The position numbers and the translations under genes are program-made. A model generated the notes under the pieces. The model was not told the origin of the DNA, ran no database searches, and saw only the letters and a list, made by a program, of their open reading frames with translations. A DNA stretch of 57,677 nucleotides from Candidatus Falkowbacteria bacterium (GTDB lineage Bacteria > Patescibacteriota > Patescibacteriia > Patescibacteriales > UBA12465), in assembly GCA_003554785.1 (NCBI GenBank), contig PWHG01000057.1, positions 1 through 57,677 on the forward strand, given 5' to 3'. Shown here piece by piece: positions 17,813-27,936 of the stretch; position 1 is the first letter of the stretch; the number at the start of each line of letters is the position of its first letter.

Positions 17813-19177
17813 ATGAATTTTAATCCTAGTATTTTTAAAGCTTATGATGTTCGTGGAATTTTTGATCAAGACTTTGATCAAGATTTTGCCTATCATCTCG
17901 GCTTAAGTTATATTGCTTTTTTAAAAAAAGAAAATAATAACTTAGAAAAAAAACAAATTAAAGTTGTCGTCGGTCAAGATATGAGACTATCCTCACCAGT
18001 TATTTCTGAGCATTTAATTAAAGGACTTATGGCTTCCGGTGCCGATGTTTTAGATATTGGTTTAGTTTCCACCCCTACTTTTTATTTTTCTGTCTCTCAT
18101 TTAAAAGCCGATGGTGGTTTAATTGTTTCTGCTTCTCATAACCCTAAAGAGTGGAACGGATTTAAGGTTGTAAAAGAAAAATCTCTTCCAATTGGACTAG
18201 AAACTGGTCTTGATTGGATAAGGGATAATGTGAAAAAGGTTGAGGCTTCTTCTTCTGCTGGTAAATACACTAAGATTGAAAATATTTTAGAAGAGCAAAT
18301 TAAACACGATCTCTCATATGTTGATACCGGTAAGATAAAAAATTTAGAAATTGCCGCTGACCCGGCAAACAGTATGGGAGCTCCATTTTTGTTAGCTCTT
18401 GAAGAAAAATTATCAATTAAACTTAAAAAAATAAATTTTGATCTTGATGGTACTTTTCCAGCCCATGAAGCTGATCCTCTAAAATCTGAAAATTTAAAAG
18501 ATTTACAGGAATTTATTAAAAATAATTCAGTTGATCTAGGAATAACTACCGACGGTGATGGTGATAGAGTTTTCTTTTTAGATGAAAAAGGAGAATTAAT
18601 TTCCCCAGCCATTATTAGAGGAGTTTTGGCTAAAATATTTTTAAAGGAAAAACCGGGATCTAAAATCTGTTATGACATTCGCCCAGGGAAAATAACAGAA
18701 GATTTAATTATTGAAAATGGTGGTATTCCTATTAAAACAAAAGTCGGGCATTCTTTAATAAAAAGACAAATGATAAAAGAAGGAGCTTTTTTTGCCGGAG
18801 AATCATCTGGTCATTTCTTCTTAAATTTAGATATTGGTTGTTTTGAAATGCCAGTAATTATGATTGCAAAATTATTAATAGAATTATCTAATACTAATTT
18901 AAAAGCTAGTCAATATTTTTCTGCCTATGATAAATATTTTCACTCTGGTGAAATAAATCGATTAGTTGAAGATAAAGAAGAAGTATTTAAAAGAATTGCT
19001 CATAATTTTAAAGACGCTGAAATAGATTACCTTGATGGTGTTAGTATAGAATATCCTAATTTCTGGTTTAATGTCCGGGGATCAAACACAGAAAATAAAA
19101 TAAGATTAAATTTAGAAGCTAGAGATGAAAAAACGATGTTAAAAATGAGAGACGAAGTTCTTAAATTAATAAATTAA
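17813..19177 (+). CDS. Phosphomannomutase/phosphoglucomutase
   Basis: FKAYDVRG, SASHNP, DGDGDR, GESSGH. Confidence 0.93.
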   Translation: MNFNPSIFKAYDVRGIFDQDFDQDFAYHLGLSYIAFLKKENNNLEKKQIKVVVGQDMRLSSPVISEHLIKGLMASGADVLDIGLVSTPTFYFSVSHLKADGGLIVSASHNPKEWNGFKVVKEKSLPIGLETGLDWIRDNVKKVEASSSAGKYTKIENILEEQIKHDLSYVDTGKIKNLEIAADPANSMGAPFLLALEEKLSIKLKKINFDLDGTFPAHEADPLKSENLKDLQEFIKNNSVDLGITTDGDGDRVFFLDEKGELISPAIIRGVLAKIFLKEKPGSKICYDIRPGKITEDLIIENGGIPIKTKVGHSLIKRQMIKEGAFFAGESSGHFFLNLDIGCFEMPVIMIAKLLIELSNTNLKASQYFSAYDKYFHSGEINRLVEDKEEVFKRIAHNFKDAEIDYLDGVSIEYPNFWFNVRGSNTENKIRLNLEARDEKTMLKMRDEVLKLIN

Positions 19178-19190
19178 ATACTTTAGAAAT

Positions 19191-19221
19191 AAAAAAAGAA
19201 CCAAAATTTTGGTTCTTTTTT
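19191..19221. terminator. Bidirectional intrinsic terminator
   Basis: A7-GAACCAAAATTTTGGTTC-T6. Confidence 0.75.
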
Positions 19222-19231
19222 AATTGAGAGT

Positions 19232-19507
19232 TTATTTTTTCTTTTCCACAATTATTGAACATTCGCTAATTAAAGCTGCCATTGCTCCCAGAGCTGCAAA
19301 TATTGGAGCAAAAACAGTGCCTACAACTGCTACTGTTATTGGAATTTCCATTAAGGATTTTCCTTTTTTATTTTTTATAATAATTCGTCGAACATTTCCT
19401 TCTTTGATTATTTCTTTTACTTTTTCTACTAACTCTTTTCCTTTTACTTTATACTCTTCATATTTTTCTTCCTTTTTTTTATTTTTTGTTTGTTTTTTTT
19501 GAGCCAT
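19232..19507 (-). CDS. DUF4342-like protein
   Basis: LVEKVKEIIKEGNVRRIIIK..EIP.T..VVG...AP..AALGA.AAL...C.I.VE. Confidence 0.8.
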   Translation of the reverse strand: MAQKKQTKNKKKEEKYEEYKVKGKELVEKVKEIIKEGNVRRIIIKNKKGKSLMEIPITVAVVGTVFAPIFAALGAMAALISECSIIVEKKK

Positions 19508-19517
19508 ATTTTTATAA

Positions 19518-20225
19518 TTATTTATTATTATTATTATTTTTATTACAATTTAAAGAGGAAAAAACTAAAAACATCATCTCTAATTGATTTATTACTGATT
19601 GAATAAAAAATCTTTCTTCTTCATTTTTTAATTTTATTGGTAAAATACAACAAGCTTTAATGCTTAAATTTTCTTGTTCTGATACTATTATAGTACAATT
19701 TTTTAGGTTACAAGTTTTATTTAATATATCTTTGTTATTAATTTCAGGCAAACTATTGTTCTTCTTTGCTCGATTTTTTTTATTTTGTCTTATTGTTTTT
19801 TTATTTTCTAAATTTATTATTTTTAAATAAACCCAGTCCGCATCTACCATGCTCAGTATTTTTTCTGATAAAAAGTCAAAAACCTCATTCATTTCTTTTT
19901 TGTTTTTTGGATATTTTTTAAAGTTTGAAAAGGCTCTTTTTATTTCATCAATCTGTAGGTTTAATGAACCAATATACTTAAAAGTTTCCTGTAATCTTTC
20001 CTCTAAACTTCCTTGATATTTTTTTAATCTTCTAAATTCTTGGAAATACAAGAAACTGGCGGCGTAGATAAACATTAAAAAGAAAAATATAATAATAGTT
20101 TCCCAAATCTCACTTCTCATTCCCAATAAATCATCACTGACAAGCCAAGGAGTGGATAAAACTAAAAGGGAACTCAAAACTATAATTAATATTAATATTT
20201 TTTTTACGATTTTCTTTTTAAACAT
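19518..20225 (-). CDS. Hypothetical membrane protein (2 TM, coiled coil, cytoplasmic domain)
   Basis: 235-aa ORF with two N-terminal hydrophobic helices. Confidence 0.6.
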   Translation of the reverse strand: MFKKKIVKKILILIIVLSSLLVLSTPWLVSDDLLGMRSEIWETIIIFFFLMFIYAASFLYFQEFRRLKKYQGSLEERLQETFKYIGSLNLQIDEIKRAFSNFKKYPKNKKEMNEVFDFLSEKILSMVDADWVYLKIINLENKKTIRQNKKNRAKKNNSLPEINNKDILNKTCNLKNCTIIVSEQENLSIKACCILPIKLKNEEERFFIQSVINQLEMMFLVFSSLNCNKNNNNNK

Positions 20226-20270
20226 ATATGTTTATATTATAACATAAAAAAATAAATTTTATATATAAAT

Positions 20271-20298
20271 AAAAAGCCCTTATATAGAAGAGCTTTTT
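20271..20298 (-). terminator. Probable terminator of the ECF sigma/anti-sigma operon
   Basis: AAAAAGCCCTT...AAGAGCTTTTT imperfect hairpin. Confidence 0.55.
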
Positions 20299-20318
20299 AT
20301 TTCTGGGTTTTAATAAAT

Positions 20319-21905
20319 TTATTCAATTGGCATTATTCTATAAACATCATCTTTCTGAATTTCTCTTGCGTTTTCTGGTTCTTGATCAGGAGCTATTCTT
20401 GGCATTGGTAATATTTCTACATCATTTCCTGTTCTTTCTTCTATTTTTTTAAGGCTATTTCTAAACACTTCTTCTATTAAAGGAATAACTATGTTTTGTC
20501 GATTAAAATATTGATCGGGTTTTTCACTGATAGGAAAAACTAATGCCGGTAAAAATATTTCTGAACTACTTTGCTTATCTAGACTTGGTAGCCAAGTTCT
20601 AACTAAAGCTATTTCAGGGTCTGATAATTTTACTTCTATTGAATTATTTTCACTTTGTCGATAAAAGTGTGGATTAATTCCACCTCTTTTTAATAGAGGA
20701 TTAATTTCGTCTAAGTTATCAATTAATTTATAAGGAGAACTTACTAGATTTGATGAATTGATATTATAAACTAGACTTGAAACCATCTCTTCTCTAATAT
20801 TTATACCTACTTTTATTCCTTCAGGATTTCCATTATTATCAACAACAACCTTATCATCAATAATTAAAGGATAAACTATTTGGGCTTGCTCAGGATAGCT
20901 ATGATCGGGATTATTTTCTGGATTATTAATTCTCTCTAGTGTTTGCTCACTTATTAGAGCCTGACTATGATTTTTTAAGTCAACATTATAGTTGGCAATA
21001 AATTCATTGGCTATACTTATCAGCTGGCCTTCTGATAGCATATCAGCTCTGTCTAGCTTTAAACTATCTAAACATTCTCTATCATAACAATCCTTATACG
21101 GCTGTGGCCAGTTTTGCCAATTGCTATATACAGATATTGTATTGTTACCTAGATTTACTGAAAGTGAATAGCCATAAGGTTTTTCCTCAACCATATTAAA
21201 GTGTTTTAATTCCTTTTGAGAAAAATTATCTAGGCTAATTGGAAGACCGGAAAACGAACTTAATACTCTAGCTCCTTGGTTGGCTAAACGATTATCACTA
21301 ACTCTACTATAAACAAGATTAGAAATATCATCTAAATTAATTTCTTCTAATTTTTCTCCTTCATAAACATAATGATAATTTTTTTGCTCAACAATTGGAT
21401 GAGGCATAATTGATATATCATCAACTTGTGAAGGCATATCCTCAGCTGTTTCTCCTAAGCCAAGAACTGAAGTAGAATCATCAGCTATTTCAGCCTCCAT
21501 CTCACCTGAATCTGATTGTCTTAAATCAATATCTAAACTACCAAAGGCTCTTTCTTCTAAAACACTAATTTTTTGTGATGAATCTTTTTTAAAATCGTTT
21601 AATATAAAATTAGGAAATAAAAAAACCGCCAGCAGTATTACTATTGCTGCTCCTGCAGAAACATAACTAAGTTTTTGCCAAAAAAATACCTTTTTTTCAT
21701 CTTTTTTTTCTAAATTTTCAATTTCAGTAAAAACTTTTTCTTTTAAGCGATTAACAAACTCTTGGTTTAATTTTATCTCGGGTTCATTTTCAATCATTTC
21801 TTCAATAAGTGATTTAATTTTTTCTTCTTCTTTCTTTAAAGAGGAATCAATTAAATAAATATCCTCTAATATTTTTTGCACTTTAATGCTTGTTTGTTTG
21901 GTCAT
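20319..21905 (-). CDS. Single-TM protein, putative anti-sigma factor
   Basis: 5 nt downstream of the ECF sigma; short cytoplasmic N-terminus (EFVNRLKEK), one TM, large external domain. Confidence 0.6.
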   Translation of the reverse strand: MTKQTSIKVQKILEDIYLIDSSLKKEEEKIKSLIEEMIENEPEIKLNQEFVNRLKEKVFTEIENLEKKDEKKVFFWQKLSYVSAGAAIVILLAVFLFPNFILNDFKKDSSQKISVLEERAFGSLDIDLRQSDSGEMEAEIADDSTSVLGLGETAEDMPSQVDDISIMPHPIVEQKNYHYVYEGEKLEEINLDDISNLVYSRVSDNRLANQGARVLSSFSGLPISLDNFSQKELKHFNMVEEKPYGYSLSVNLGNNTISVYSNWQNWPQPYKDCYDRECLDSLKLDRADMLSEGQLISIANEFIANYNVDLKNHSQALISEQTLERINNPENNPDHSYPEQAQIVYPLIIDDKVVVDNNGNPEGIKVGINIREEMVSSLVYNINSSNLVSSPYKLIDNLDEINPLLKRGGINPHFYRQSENNSIEVKLSDPEIALVRTWLPSLDKQSSSEIFLPALVFPISEKPDQYFNRQNIVIPLIEEVFRNSLKKIEERTGNDVEILPMPRIAPDQEPENAREIQKDDVYRIMPIE

Positions 21906-21910
21906 ATTTT

Positions 21911-22474
21911 TTAGTTGGCGGAGATTATTAAATATATAAATAACGATAAAGGAATTTCATGTTTTAAGTTTTTAACTGCTCGACAAAATATCATTTTAGC
22001 GTTTGCTTCTTTCTTTTTTATTATTTGTGATATTTCCCTATAACTTAATTCATGCCAGACTCTCAAAATAACAACTTCTCTTTGGTCTGCTTTTAATTTT
22101 TTAAGAGCTTTTTTAATAACTTCTTTTTTTTCTAAATTTTCTATATCTTTTTCTGTGTTATTATCAGCTTTTAAGCCCCATATATCATCTAATCCACTTT
22201 CCTCACGCTTAAAACGATAATGATCAGCTATTACATTTTTTGCAATCTTATATAACCAAGCAGAAAAATAATTATTTTCGGGATTAAATTTTTTTAAATT
22301 AGAAACTGCCTTTAAAAAAACCGTGCTTACTAAATCCTCGGTATTTTGCTGATGTTTTACTTTAAAAAATATGTATTTATATATTTTTTCTACATAAAAA
22401 TCATATAGAGGAGAAAAATTTTCCCATTTCCCTTCTTGGCAAAGAATGATTAGTTGTTTTTCATTTTCTTTCAT
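21911..22474 (-). CDS. ECF sigma factor
   Basis: EDLVSTVFLK, FSAWLYKIAKN, QREVVILR..ELSYREIS; ATG at 22474 preferred. Confidence 0.9.
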   Translation of the reverse strand: MKENEKQLIILCQEGKWENFSPLYDFYVEKIYKYIFFKVKHQQNTEDLVSTVFLKAVSNLKKFNPENNYFSAWLYKIAKNVIADHYRFKREESGLDDIWGLKADNNTEKDIENLEKKEVIKKALKKLKADQREVVILRVWHELSYREISQIIKKKEANAKMIFCRAVKNLKHEIPLSLFIYLIISAN

Positions 22475-22526
22475 ATTCTTTTGCTCTAATTTATATAACA
22501 ATTAATTTATAGAAAAGTAACAATAA

Positions 22527-23639
22527 TTATTTATTATTATTATTTAAAAACCAAGTACTTAAAAGAGTTGATATTGGCATAACTAAAAATACCCCCATTA
22601 CTCCCACTAAAGTACGGACTATTTCTGTGGTCACTTCTTCATTATTAATAATTTGACTAAAACTTAAGAAAGGTTCTTGCCCTAAACTAAATAATAATAT
22701 TAAAGGCAAAGATGCTCCCACATAAGCTAAAAACAAAGTATTAGTAATAGCTCCTAGATGTGAACGACCAATTTTCAAGCCAGATTTAAAAACTTGCTTG
22801 TTATCTAAATTAGGATTAGCTGATTTAATTTGTTCTACAGCTGCTACTTGACCTATTGCCATATCATTTATGACGCCTAAAGCACCAATTATAATAGCAG
22901 ACAATAAAAGACCTCTAAAGTTAATTTCTACATCAATTGATTCAATTAAATAAATAATTTCTCCTTGAGCAGTTCCAGTTAAACGTGTTAAATAAGTAAA
23001 CAAAAAAGCTAAAATACCAGTAATTAACAAAGATAAAGCAATACTTAAAACTGAAATATGGGAGCTTTTTTTCCAACCTTCGGTTAAATAAACTATTAAA
23101 AATAATATTAAAAATACAACTAAAATACTAACTAAAATAGGATTATAACCCTGTAAAATTAAAGGTATTAATACTTTCAAAATTACTAAAAAACTAAAAA
23201 CCAGTGATAATAATGCCTTAAAACCTTTAATGCCACCAATTAATAACAAAATAATTGTAAATGTTATTACTAAATACCATAAACCATTACTTCTTACATA
23301 ATCAGTTACATAATAATTAGCCCCTCCTTCTTCATCAACTAATCTCATCACAAAAACTTTATCTCCTGTTTGATAATAATTATTTATAACTACATCAATA
23401 TCTCCAATTCCATAAAAATTCACTCTTTCCCCTTTTTTATCTCCTTCTAATAATAACAATTCTAAGTTTTGCTGCGTTACCTCTTTTTCACTTGGTCTGC
23501 TAATTTGCTTTTCTTCTAAAACTCTTAAAACTTCTGCTTTAAAAATTTCCTCATCGCTTTCTTTAGATTTTACATTTTCCAAACCTAAAAAAAAGCTGGA
23601 AATTAATAAAAATAATATTAATATTTTTTTTATTTTCAT
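22527..23639 (-). CDS. YibE/F-family membrane protein
   Basis: DYVR, IIGALGVIND, NTLFLAYVGASLP, EIVRTLVG. Confidence 0.85.
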   Translation of the reverse strand: MKIKKILILFLLISSFFLGLENVKSKESDEEIFKAEVLRVLEEKQISRPSEKEVTQQNLELLLLEGDKKGERVNFYGIGDIDVVINNYYQTGDKVFVMRLVDEEGGANYYVTDYVRSNGLWYLVITFTIILLLIGGIKGFKALLSLVFSFLVILKVLIPLILQGYNPILVSILVVFLILFLIVYLTEGWKKSSHISVLSIALSLLITGILAFLFTYLTRLTGTAQGEIIYLIESIDVEINFRGLLLSAIIIGALGVINDMAIGQVAAVEQIKSANPNLDNKQVFKSGLKIGRSHLGAITNTLFLAYVGASLPLILLFSLGQEPFLSFSQIINNEEVTTEIVRTLVGVMGVFLVMPISTLLSTWFLNNNNK

Positions 23640-23643
23640 ATAT

Positions 23644-25452
23644 TTACTCTACTGTAACAGATTTAGCTAAATTTCTTGGTCTGTCAACATTTAAATTTTT
23701 TAAATCAGCAGTATGGTAAGCTAAAAGTTGTAAGGGAATAGAATTAACTATACCGGCTAATTCTGTAGTTGTTTTTGGTACATAAACTACATAATCTGAC
23801 AATTCAATTAGTTCTTTCCTTTTTTCGTTAGCAATAGTTATTATTTTACCACCTCTAGCTTTAATTTCTTGCATATTACTAATTATTTTTTCCAATAACT
23901 CGTCTTTTGTGGCTAAAAATAAACTAGGCAAATCTTTATCAATTAAAGCAATGGGTCCGTGTTTAATTTCTGCAGCCGGATAACCCTCTGCATGTATATA
24001 AGATATTTCTTTTAATTTTAATGCCCCCTCCAGTGCAACCGGAAAATTTATACCTCTACCTAAATACAGGAAGTTGTTAATAGAGTTAAATTTTTTAGCG
24101 ATTTTTTTAATCTGTTGATTTGTTTTTAAAACTTCTTCAACTAACTGCGGTAATCTTTTAATTTCTTTAATAGTTTTTTTATCTAATTTTTCTCCCTTTT
24201 CTTGTTGCAAATATAAAGACAAAAGCAGAAAAGCTAAAACTTGAGAACTAAAAGCTTTTGTACTAGCGACACCAATTTCAGGTCCGGCGTGAAGATAAAC
24301 TCCTGAGTTAACTTCTCTTGATATAGTAGAGCCCACCACGTTTACAATACCTAAACTATCGGCTCCTTTTAAATTAGCTTCTCTTAGAGCTGCTAAAGTG
24401 TCGGCAGTTTCTCCTGATTGAGAAACGGCTATAAATAAATCATTTTTTCCAACCACGGGATTTCTGTATCTAAATTCTGAAGCATAATCAACCTCAACTG
24501 GAATATTTGTATATTTTTCAATAAAATGTTTACCAATTAAACATGAATGCCATGACGTACCACAAGCACAAAGTATTATTCTTCGCCATTTTTTATTTTT
24601 TAAATTTAAAGACAGCTTTATTTCTTCATCTTTTAAGCGACCAGCAAGTAAGTTTCTTAAGCTTTGTGGTTGATCAAATATTTCCTTAAGCATGAAATGT
24701 TTATAATTTCCTTTTTCAATTTGTGCCGCCTCAAGTTTAAGTTCAATAATCTCAAAATCTACTTCATTGCCAATATAATCTTCAATTACAAAATCTTTTC
24801 CATTAATTTCTGCTAATTGTTTATCTTTTAAGTATATTATTTTTTTAGTTTCTGACATTAAAGCTAAAGGGTCAGAAGCTACAAAAGTTTCATTTTTTCC
24901 AACCCCAATTACTAAAGGTGAGCTATTTCTTGTTGCAATTATTTTATTTGCTTGTTTATCTATTACTGCCAAACCATACGATCCTTCTATTAATTTTACA
25001 GTTTTTTTAACCGCTTCTTTTAAGTTTCCTTTGTAGAACTTAGAGATTAAATGAGCAATAATTTCAGAGTCTGTTTCTGATCGCAATTTAACTTTATCTT
25101 TTTTTAATATTTCTTTTAAGCTATCATAATTTTCAATAATTCCGTTGTGAACAATAGCAATTTTATTTTCTGAATCTAGATGAGGATGAGCATTGATTTT
25201 ACTTGGCGAACCGTGAGTTGCCCAACGAGTGTGGGCTATACCTATATTATATTTAGATTCTTTTATTTTTTCATTTTTTATAGCTTTTTCTAATTCATTT
25301 ACCTCGCCTTTTCTTTTAATAGTTAAAAGTTTACCATTGTTTGCTAAACAAAGACCAGCGCTGTCATAACCTCTATACTCCATCTTTTTTAAGCCTTTAA
25401 TCAAAATAGGTTCTGCGGCTTTGTTGCCAATATAACCAATAATTCCACACAT
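23644..25452 (-). CDS. glmS: Glutamine-fructose-6-phosphate aminotransferase
   Basis: MCGIIG, EYRGYDSAG, HTRWATHG, PRNLAKSVTVE. Confidence 0.97.
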   Translation of the reverse strand: MCGIIGYIGNKAAEPILIKGLKKMEYRGYDSAGLCLANNGKLLTIKRKGEVNELEKAIKNEKIKESKYNIGIAHTRWATHGSPSKINAHPHLDSENKIAIVHNGIIENYDSLKEILKKDKVKLRSETDSEIIAHLISKFYKGNLKEAVKKTVKLIEGSYGLAVIDKQANKIIATRNSSPLVIGVGKNETFVASDPLALMSETKKIIYLKDKQLAEINGKDFVIEDYIGNEVDFEIIELKLEAAQIEKGNYKHFMLKEIFDQPQSLRNLLAGRLKDEEIKLSLNLKNKKWRRIILCACGTSWHSCLIGKHFIEKYTNIPVEVDYASEFRYRNPVVGKNDLFIAVSQSGETADTLAALREANLKGADSLGIVNVVGSTISREVNSGVYLHAGPEIGVASTKAFSSQVLAFLLLSLYLQQEKGEKLDKKTIKEIKRLPQLVEEVLKTNQQIKKIAKKFNSINNFLYLGRGINFPVALEGALKLKEISYIHAEGYPAAEIKHGPIALIDKDLPSLFLATKDELLEKIISNMQEIKARGGKIITIANEKRKELIELSDYVVYVPKTTTELAGIVNSIPLQLLAYHTADLKNLNVDRPRNLAKSVTVE

Positions 25453-25457
25453 AAATA

Positions 25458-26156
25458 TTAGTTTATTATTTTTTTAAAATATAGTTTATTATAATTATCT
25501 TTTTTAATTTGTTCTAAATTATAAGCTTTTTTAAGTTTATATGGTCCAATTTTAACTCTTCTGAGAGAAAATAAATGACCTCCACAATAAAGTTCAATTC
25601 CTAAATCATAAGCTAATGATCGAATATAGGTGCCTTTACTACATTCAATTTTAATTTTTAATATTGGCCATTTATATTTAAGTTTTTTTATACTTTTTAT
25701 TTCTATTAAACTCGGCTCTCTATCTATAACAATATCTTGTCTAGCTAGCTTATATAATTTTTCTCCTTTATATTTTTTTGCACTATACATTGGTGGCATT
25801 TGCTTTTGCTCACCAATAAACTTTTTAATAGCCCTTTTTACTAATTTCTTTTTAATTTGTTCTCCCTTATATTTCTTAATTATTTTACCTTCTCTATCAT
25901 AAGTATCAGTTTTTTCTCCTAATTTAATTTCAGCTATATAAGTTTTATCTAAATGACTATAATTACTAATTTTTTTTGTAGCTTGTCTTCCAATGGCAAT
26001 AATTAACAAACCTTCAGCTAAAGGATCAAGCGTTCCCGCGTGACCAATTTTTTTAACATCAATTATTTTTCTTAGTTTATCTACAACATCATGACTACTT
26101 AAACCTAGGGGTTTATTTATCAATAAAAAGCCATGATTGTTTTCTTGTTTTATCAT
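25458..26156 (-). CDS. truB: tRNA pseudouridine(55) synthase
   Basis: KIGHAGTLDPLAEG, PPMYSAKK, CSKGTYIRSL. Confidence 0.96.
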   Translation of the reverse strand: MIKQENNHGFLLINKPLGLSSHDVVDKLRKIIDVKKIGHAGTLDPLAEGLLIIAIGRQATKKISNYSHLDKTYIAEIKLGEKTDTYDREGKIIKKYKGEQIKKKLVKRAIKKFIGEQKQMPPMYSAKKYKGEKLYKLARQDIVIDREPSLIEIKSIKKLKYKWPILKIKIECSKGTYIRSLAYDLGIELYCGGHLFSLRRVKIGPYKLKKAYNLEQIKKDNYNKLYFKKIIN

Positions 26157-26240
26157 ATATTTATTAATATATTAGCATATATGGAAAATAAAAAAAATCG
26201 CTGTTTAAGTGATTTTTTATAATCTAATTTATTTTATAAA

Positions 26241-26414
26241 TTAAAATGCCAAAGATTCAATTTTCCAACTTAAGTCAAATAAGGATAGAAAAATAATCAC
26301 TGAAACAATAATACCAACTATAAAACCTGATAAAGAAGAAGCGATCACTGTTCCGACTTTCCATTTATATTCCCTTTGGCTGCTTGAAATAAAATCTTTT
26401 TTAATGTTTTTCAT
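26241..26414 (-). CDS. 57-aa small membrane protein, not in the ORF track
   Basis: MKNIKKDFISSSQREYKWKVGTVIASSLSGFIVGIIVSVIIFLSLFDLSWKIESLAF; one TM; hairpin at 26190-26218 downstream. Confidence 0.65.
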   Translation of the reverse strand: MKNIKKDFISSSQREYKWKVGTVIASSLSGFIVGIIVSVIIFLSLFDLSWKIESLAF

Positions 26415-26471
26415 AATAATGTTTTAATTTTTAAATAATTATATATTTATTATAACATAATTTTTTAAAAT

Positions 26472-26499
26472 AAAAAAACATATTTATAAATATGTTTTT
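26472..26499 (-). terminator. Hairpin after the duplicated tRNA-His 3' end, probably the ancestral tRNA terminator
   Basis: AAAAACATATTTATAAATATGTTTTT palindrome 8 nt from the att-like repeat. Confidence 0.55.
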
Positions 26500-26622
26500 G
26501 CTAAAAATGGGTGGCTTCGTGGAGAACATTAGAACTAAAATGATGGATGTAAAGTATATTCCGCAAGTTTACCCCACCCCTTGACTCACTATTATTTTAA
26601 ATAAATTTTCTATGAAAAGATT

Positions 26623-27663
26623 TTATTTCTGAAAATAATTATTTACCGCATCTTCCAATTGCTCAATAAATATCTTTTTAAAATAAGAAATATTATTTGT
26701 CTCATAAAATAATACAACCGCCTTTTTATATTCTTCAACATCAACAATTCTATAAGAAAGTGGAATAGAATTATGAGCCAGCAAAATAGCATTCGATATC
26801 ATCCTAGAGGTTCTCTTATTTCCATCCTCAAATATTTGAATATAAGATATAAGAATAGAGGCTAACAAGGATTTTTCAAAAAAAGATTCTTTTTTATTTA
26901 TTAAGTCAACCATATTCTGCATCGCCTCCCTAACCTGCGCTTCATTATCTAGTGGTCTATAGTTTGTACCGGTAATACCAACCCCCTCTTTTCTAACATT
27001 TCTAGTGATTCTTAATTTTTTAGTTAAAATAGAGTGAATATATTCAATGTCGGCAGAATGTAATTTAACAAATCTTTCTTTGTTTTGAATTGCCTCATTA
27101 AAAGCATCTTTATGATTGAGTATCATTTGGGTTTCATCTGCGGTTTTTCCTTTTCCAATAATATTATTTTTAATTAATGCCTCGGTACCTAAAAGCGAAT
27201 AAGTATTACCTTCTATTACAGATGACTTCCAAGAAAATTCAATCATAATTTTTTCCAACTCTTTATTAATAATTGTCTGACTATTATATTCAGAAAAATT
27301 CTTAATAAATTTTTTATGTAACTTTTGTAGTTTATCGTTTTCTTCTATTGTAAAAATATAGTTTTTTAAAACATTAAATATTTCAAAATTAAATCTTTCT
27401 TTTATTGTTCTTTTAAAATATGGTGTTTCAAAATATTTTTCAACATCAACGTCTTCTATGATTTGATTTTTTTCTGACAAAGAATAGGTTACATAAGCGC
27501 CGGAACCTGTTTTTTTTAAAAAACCCTGATTAAACAAAAAGGTAAGGTCTCTAGTTATAGTCTCTCTTGAATATTCATTATTAAAAAAAATAAGCAAATC
27601 TTTGTTTTTGAAAGAAGTGTTTTTTTTAGCAAATTCTATAATTTTTTCTTGTCTGTTGTTCAT
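26623..27663 (-). CDS. Fic-domain protein with N-terminal DeoR-like HTH
   Basis: SRETITRDL HTH, SSVIEGN inhibitory motif, IQIFEDGNKRTSR Fic motif. Confidence 0.9.
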   Translation of the reverse strand: MNNRQEKIIEFAKKNTSFKNKDLLIFFNNEYSRETITRDLTFLFNQGFLKKTGSGAYVTYSLSEKNQIIEDVDVEKYFETPYFKRTIKERFNFEIFNVLKNYIFTIEENDKLQKLHKKFIKNFSEYNSQTIINKELEKIMIEFSWKSSVIEGNTYSLLGTEALIKNNIIGKGKTADETQMILNHKDAFNEAIQNKERFVKLHSADIEYIHSILTKKLRITRNVRKEGVGITGTNYRPLDNEAQVREAMQNMVDLINKKESFFEKSLLASILISYIQIFEDGNKRTSRMISNAILLAHNSIPLSYRIVDVEEYKKAVVLFYETNNISYFKKIFIEQLEDAVNNYFQK

Positions 27664-27669
27664 AAAAAG

Positions 27670-27787
27670 ATTATATCATTATTGCGTCATTAATACAAGC
27701 TTATTGCGTCAATTTAAATAAAATTATTCAAAAACATCTTTATTATAAGGATTTTTATTGCGTCATTAATACAAGCTTATTGCGTTA
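27670..27787 (-). promoter_or_regulatory. fic promoter overlapped by four TTATTGCGTYA boxes
   Basis: TTGTAT-17-TATAAT; 31-bp exact repeat at 27679-27709 and 27755-27785. Confidence 0.75.
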
Positions 27788-27893
27788 ATTAATTAAAATA
27801 TTGTACGTTAAATTAGAATTCAATTTTTTAAGATTAAGGACTAAATAAGACGTATTACTGGTTAGAGCTTTTGTTTAGTGATTTAGGTTATAT

Positions 27894-27929
27894 AAAAAGA
27901 CCTATTTATTAAGATTTAGATAGGTCTTT
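27894..27929 (-). terminator. Terminator hairpin after tRNA-His
   Basis: AAAGACCTAT...ATAGGTCTTT with T-tract on the minus strand. Confidence 0.6.
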
Positions 27930-27936
27930 ATTTCTG

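Noticed and set aside
25453-25457. glmS ribozyme
   Set aside because: Only 5 nt separate truB and glmS.
27679-27787. Repeat-spacer-repeat as a mini CRISPR array
   Set aside because: Only two copies, internally tandem, overlapping a promoter, and no cas genes.
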